Below, one piece after another: positions 61,224 through 64,000 of a DNA stretch of 64,000 nucleotides. The notes under the pieces were generated by a model. It saw nothing but the letters and a program-made list of their open reading frames with translations, made no database searches and was not told the origin of the DNA. Source of the stretch: Heterodontus francisci (taxonomy: Eukaryota); contig NC_090406.1 in the NCBI RefSeq assembly GCF_036365525.1, positions 11,092,014 to 11,156,013 on the forward strand, written 5' to 3'. Within the stretch, counting starts at the first letter, position 1, and each line of letters starts with the position of its first letter. Position numbers and translations under genes: made by a program.

Positions 61224-62429
61224 GGATTTCCTTCAGAGACATTTAAGACGTGCAAGCTTCATTCACTCCCAAACAACATTGGTGACTTTCGCTGAACCTA
61301 GTCCAGGATTTCCTAAGTCGATGAGATTCACCTTTAGTCACATCATAACTCAATATAGGAGAGGGTTTCACTTTACTGCCGGAGTGGGTGAGAACAGAGA
61401 ACTGCTAACAACCATTTCAAATGATTTCAGAACACAAGTTGATCAGGTTTCGCTCTGACTGGTGGTCTTGAGGGAAAGGCCTGAGGCCTTCTGCTCTGTA
61501 ACCTGCTGAGTTGACCCTTAAACCTTCTGTAGGGCTTTGCTGTGATTTTGTTTTGTTGCTATTCCTGTTGTATTAAACAAAAACAACTCAACTGATTGTA
61601 ACTGACCCTTTCTCTTTTGCTCACCTGAAGGTATTGACTCTTTTCTGAGAATGCAGTTCCACAGATGCAGGTCCATCTCCGGTATCACATCCTAGTGACT
61701 GTTGTTCAATGTGTGAGCTTTGACGTGAATGCTGGCGAGCTGATTAACTATAGGTGGAATTGTAGTCAAGCCTGGTCCTGCACCTTTCAGCAAGAGATAA
61801 TGGATAGCCATAAAGAGTGACAAATAGAACAATTTTCTAAGACTATTTGCAGCAGAGTTCACTGTGCTGTGGATCTGCATTCTCTTGAGAATCCATCACT
61901 TGCTCCATCGCTTCTGCTTGGTATAATCTTGTAGCTACAATAACTCACATCTCTGAGGTGCAATTGTTCCAATGCAAATTTTTTTTACCTCAGGAGATCT
62001 GAGAGTGGTATTAGGGGTGACTGGGAGATCAGGACATCATAAAACCACAGATATTTAACACATGAGGAAATCATTCTGGCTCCTAATGTCTATACTGCTT
62101 TAGCTCCATATCAGAGCAAAATATCCTAATCCCATTTTCCTGCACCCTTTAAGTGTTTGACTAATTCCCTCTTGCACATTGGGATTGACTTGACTTCGAT
62201 AACTCCTTTTGTGGGGGGGAGGGGAGGGAAATCTCACCAGTCAAGTACTTTACAGATTAGGTACAGTATGGTCTTGTGCAGAGTAAAGGTCCTTCTCAGC
62301 TTGATACTTTATACCTAATTGCAGAAGATCACATCCTACTCAATGAGTGTAAATCCTTCCATTTCCCACGACAGCCACCTTCATGATTTCTCCGAGTTAG
62401 ATTGTCCACTGAGCATCTGAGTGAACCTG

Positions 62430-63126
62430 GGTGCCCTCATCAATAAGCCAATGAAAGCTAACATGCAGGTGCAGCGAACAATCAGGAAGGCTAATGGTAT
62501 GTTAGCCTTTATCGCAAGAGGATTTGGGTACAAGAGTAGTGAAGTCTTTCTTCAATTGTATAGAAACTTGGTTAGACCATACCTGGAGTAGTGTGTGCAG
62601 TTTTGGTCCCCTTACCTTAGGAAGGATATTATTGCCATAGAGGGAGTGCAACGAAGGTTCACCAGACTTGTTCCTGGGGTGGCGGGACTGTCCTATGAAG
62701 AGAGATTGGGGAAACTGGGCCTGTATTCTCTAGAGTTTCGAAGAATGAGAGGTGATCTCATTGAAACCTACAAAATACTTAAAGGGATAGACAGGGTAGA
62801 TGCAGCTAAGATGTTTCCCCTGGTTGAGCAGTTGAGAACCAGGAGACACAATTTCAAAATAAGGAGGAAGCCACTTAGGACAGAGATGAGGAGAAATGTC
62901 TTTACTCAGAGGGTTGTGAATCTTTGGAATTCTCTACCCCAGAGGGCTGTGGAAGTTCAGTCATTGAGTTTAAAACAGAGATTGACAGATTTCTAAATAC
63001 AAATGGCATAAGGGGATATGAGGATAGTGTGGGAAAAAGGCATTGCAGTGGATGATCAGCCATAATCATATAGAATGGCGGGGCAGGCTCAATGGGCCGA
63101 ATGGCCTACTCCTGCTTCTATGTTCC
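62430..63126 (+). mobile_element. CR1 LINE 3' portion
   Basis: LVRPYLE.CVQFWSPYLRKDIIAIEGVQRRFTRLVPG..WNSLPQRAVE; GGGCCGAATGGCCTACTCCTGC tail. Confidence 0.92.
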
Positions 63127-63279
63127 AATGAAATCTTCCCAATTCATTTCACCGAGAACTCATTTAGCCAACCACAAAAGGAAACTTTGATCCCTGAATT
63201 CAAACATATATCCTGACAGTATTTCCTCATGTCAGGAAAGTTTTAGAATTAGTTGTAAAGTATGGAATTTAGCTCTACA

Positions 63280-63595
63280 GTTCCCAGGTTTGATCCCTGA
63301 TCTGTGTTGAGTAGGTTAAACCCTGGCAGGGATGGAAAGAACCAGAAATGGCCTCAGCATCTGTGCACTAGAGAGGAACAATATGAGGCAGTGTTTCCAC
63401 TCCTGATTACTCACTGGAAAGTACACGGCTGTAAATTTGAGAACAGGGCAGGACCGGACTCAGCTGTGATGTCCAAGCAGTCAAATAGCCTATGCTGTCT
63501 AGGCTTGGTCAGAAAGAATGGTGAAATGCCAGAAGGTGTTTGGGAGCTAGGGCATTCAGGAGTGGACAGGCAAAAACTGGGAGGGTTAGGGAAAA
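63280..63595 (+). mobile_element. Old tRNA-headed SINE-like repeat (7265 family)
   Basis: CCCAGGTTTGATCCC (B-box-like)..TGGCCTCAG..CTCCTGAT..GCTGTGATG..TCAAATAGCCT..GTCTAGGCT..AAGAATGG. Confidence 0.55.
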
Positions 63596-64000
63596 TAGCT
63601 TTAAAGATAATTATTATTTTTTTACAGTGTGGTTGCTATAATAGAGTTCTCCGAACAAAGGAAATATTCACAAATCCATTAACAAAGTCACCAAGGACAA
63701 GGAAGAGGTGAATCCTCATTCCAGTAAATCATGTTTTATCCATCTGGGAAACATTGGTTGTTGAGAAACCGACTTAGCAACCGGAAGCTTGTACAAGAGA
63801 GATGATGACGAGAAAGGTCTCATCAACACCCCTAGCTTATTCAGAATAAAATCTGCAGCTTATCTATGCAACAGAAGTCTGGCTTGGCCCCATATGGCAG
63901 GAGCTGCATTCCCACATCTCCTCAGTACTGTGCTTGACAGTTGGGCTGGAGGGAAAAGATCACTGCAATCCAGACTGTTTAGTCAACAGCTGAGACCTAT

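Overview
Repeat-dense, non-coding vertebrate DNA. The repeat inventory (HE1-like V-SINEs, SacSINE1-like DeuSINEs, abundant CR1 LINEs) points to a cartilaginous fish, probably a shark. I recognise no host protein-coding exon: the long ORFs in the track are LINE reverse-transcriptase fragments (RTE, CR1, L2, Crack/Daphne-like) or chance frames in GC-rich MITEs and SINEs. The window holds decayed CR1, L2 and Crack-like LINEs, four tRNA-derived SINE families, three young RTE copies, Penelope terminal fragments with minimal hammerhead ribozyme motifs, Harbinger-type MITEs with 3-bp target-site duplications (TSDs), two hAT MITEs with 8-bp TSDs and a 1.16-kb solo LTR, often nested several layers deep. 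The most notable points are a twin-primed RTE insertion, a CR1/Penelope head-to-head pair inside one TSD, the ribozyme copies, and unique islands rich in transcription-factor motifs (a four-fold DR1 array near 2.8 kb; a DR4 and a promoter-like cluster near 61 kb). Those islands suggest an intron or regulatory region of an unidentified gene, possibly on the minus strand. I found no clearly new biological system. Family names come from recalled consensus features, not database searches, and boundaries without a TSD are approximate.
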